A stretch of 34,712 nt of DNA, taken from a virus. Taxonomy: Duplodnaviria > Caudoviricetes. Under the pieces are notes generated by a model. That model worked only from the letters and a program-made list of their open reading frames with translations. It was not told the origin of the DNA and searched no databases. Of this stretch, positions 34,381 to 34,712 are shown one piece after another. Numbering within the stretch: the stretch's first letter is position 1; every line of letters starts with the position of its first letter. The stretch covers positions 1-34,712 of IMG/VR virus record IMGVR_UViG_3300006641_000089; one strand, 5' to 3'. Position numbers and translations under genes: made by a program.

Positions 34381-34382
34381 TC

Positions 34383-34712
34383 GTGAATAATAATAAAAAA
34401 TGTCGCGCATGCTTTATCGATAAACCTATAGAAGATTTTCCATATTTCTCCACATCTGAAGCTGGCCGCAAAAACACATGCAAAGAATGCTCTAAGAAAT
34501 TGGCCGTTATTCGCAGAGATTTAAAAGCGCAACATCCAGCGCCGCCGCCCGGTTTTTGCCCAATTTGTAACTTATATACAGAAAACTGGATATTGGATCA
34601 TTGTCATTACAATCACACTTTTCGAGGATATATTTGTAATAGCTGCAATTTGGGACTCGGCAGATTGCATGATGATATAGAGTGTATTTATAGAGCTTAT
34701 TGTTATATGACA
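34383..34712 (+). CDS. Recombination endonuclease VII-family (His-Me finger) nuclease, 3'-truncated
   Basis: Hand translation from GTG 34383: MNNNKKCRAC..KPIEDF..TCKEC..CPIC..WILDHCH..FRGYICNSCNLGLG.L.DD..IYRAYCY, 110 codons open to the window end. Not in the ORF track. Confidence 0.88.
   Translation, partial: MNNNKKCRACFIDKPIEDFPYFSTSEAGRKNTCKECSKKLAVIRRDLKAQHPAPPPGFCPICNLYTENWILDHCHYNHTFRGYICNSCNLGLGRLHDDIECIYRAYCYMT

Noticed and set aside
1-34712. Stop-codon reassignment
   Set aside because: Genes are full length and tightly packed under the standard code, with TAA and TGA both used as stops. No gene appears fragmented at TAG.

Overview
The window is part of a large, AT-rich tailed dsDNA phage genome (Caudoviricetes); the host cannot be assigned from this sequence. 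Almost everything lies on the minus strand. Read in transcription order from about 34.3 kb to 1, it contains: a tightly coupled phoH, zinc-ribbon, sigma-factor-like, helical protein, C2H2/ERCC4 nuclease and large terminase cluster; a beta-helix fibre paralog; the portal; four small head-associated genes; a prohead protease-scaffold fusion with a probable nested scaffold start; a decoration protein; the major capsid protein with a strong terminator; and about 19.5 kb of mosaic fibre, LamG and carbohydrate-binding genes. Two real genes are missing from the ORF track because they run off the window ends: a fibre of at least 1238 aa at 1-3715 and an endonuclease VII-family gene at 34383-34712 (+). 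The best candidates for a new system are: (1) a head cargo and maturation system with a shared N-terminal E[LI]DFSxQI..AA tag and acidic propeptides bounded by x-x-Ala sites; (2) a GTGTA(A/T) promoter motif just before ATG codons, possibly read by the Cys-insert phage sigma factor and also found inside the protease gene; (3) LamG domains carrying different cargo domains in the same loop; (4) fibres built from cassettes joined by conserved junction repeats; (5) a strong excess of GCGC. All family names come from motif recognition, not from database searches.
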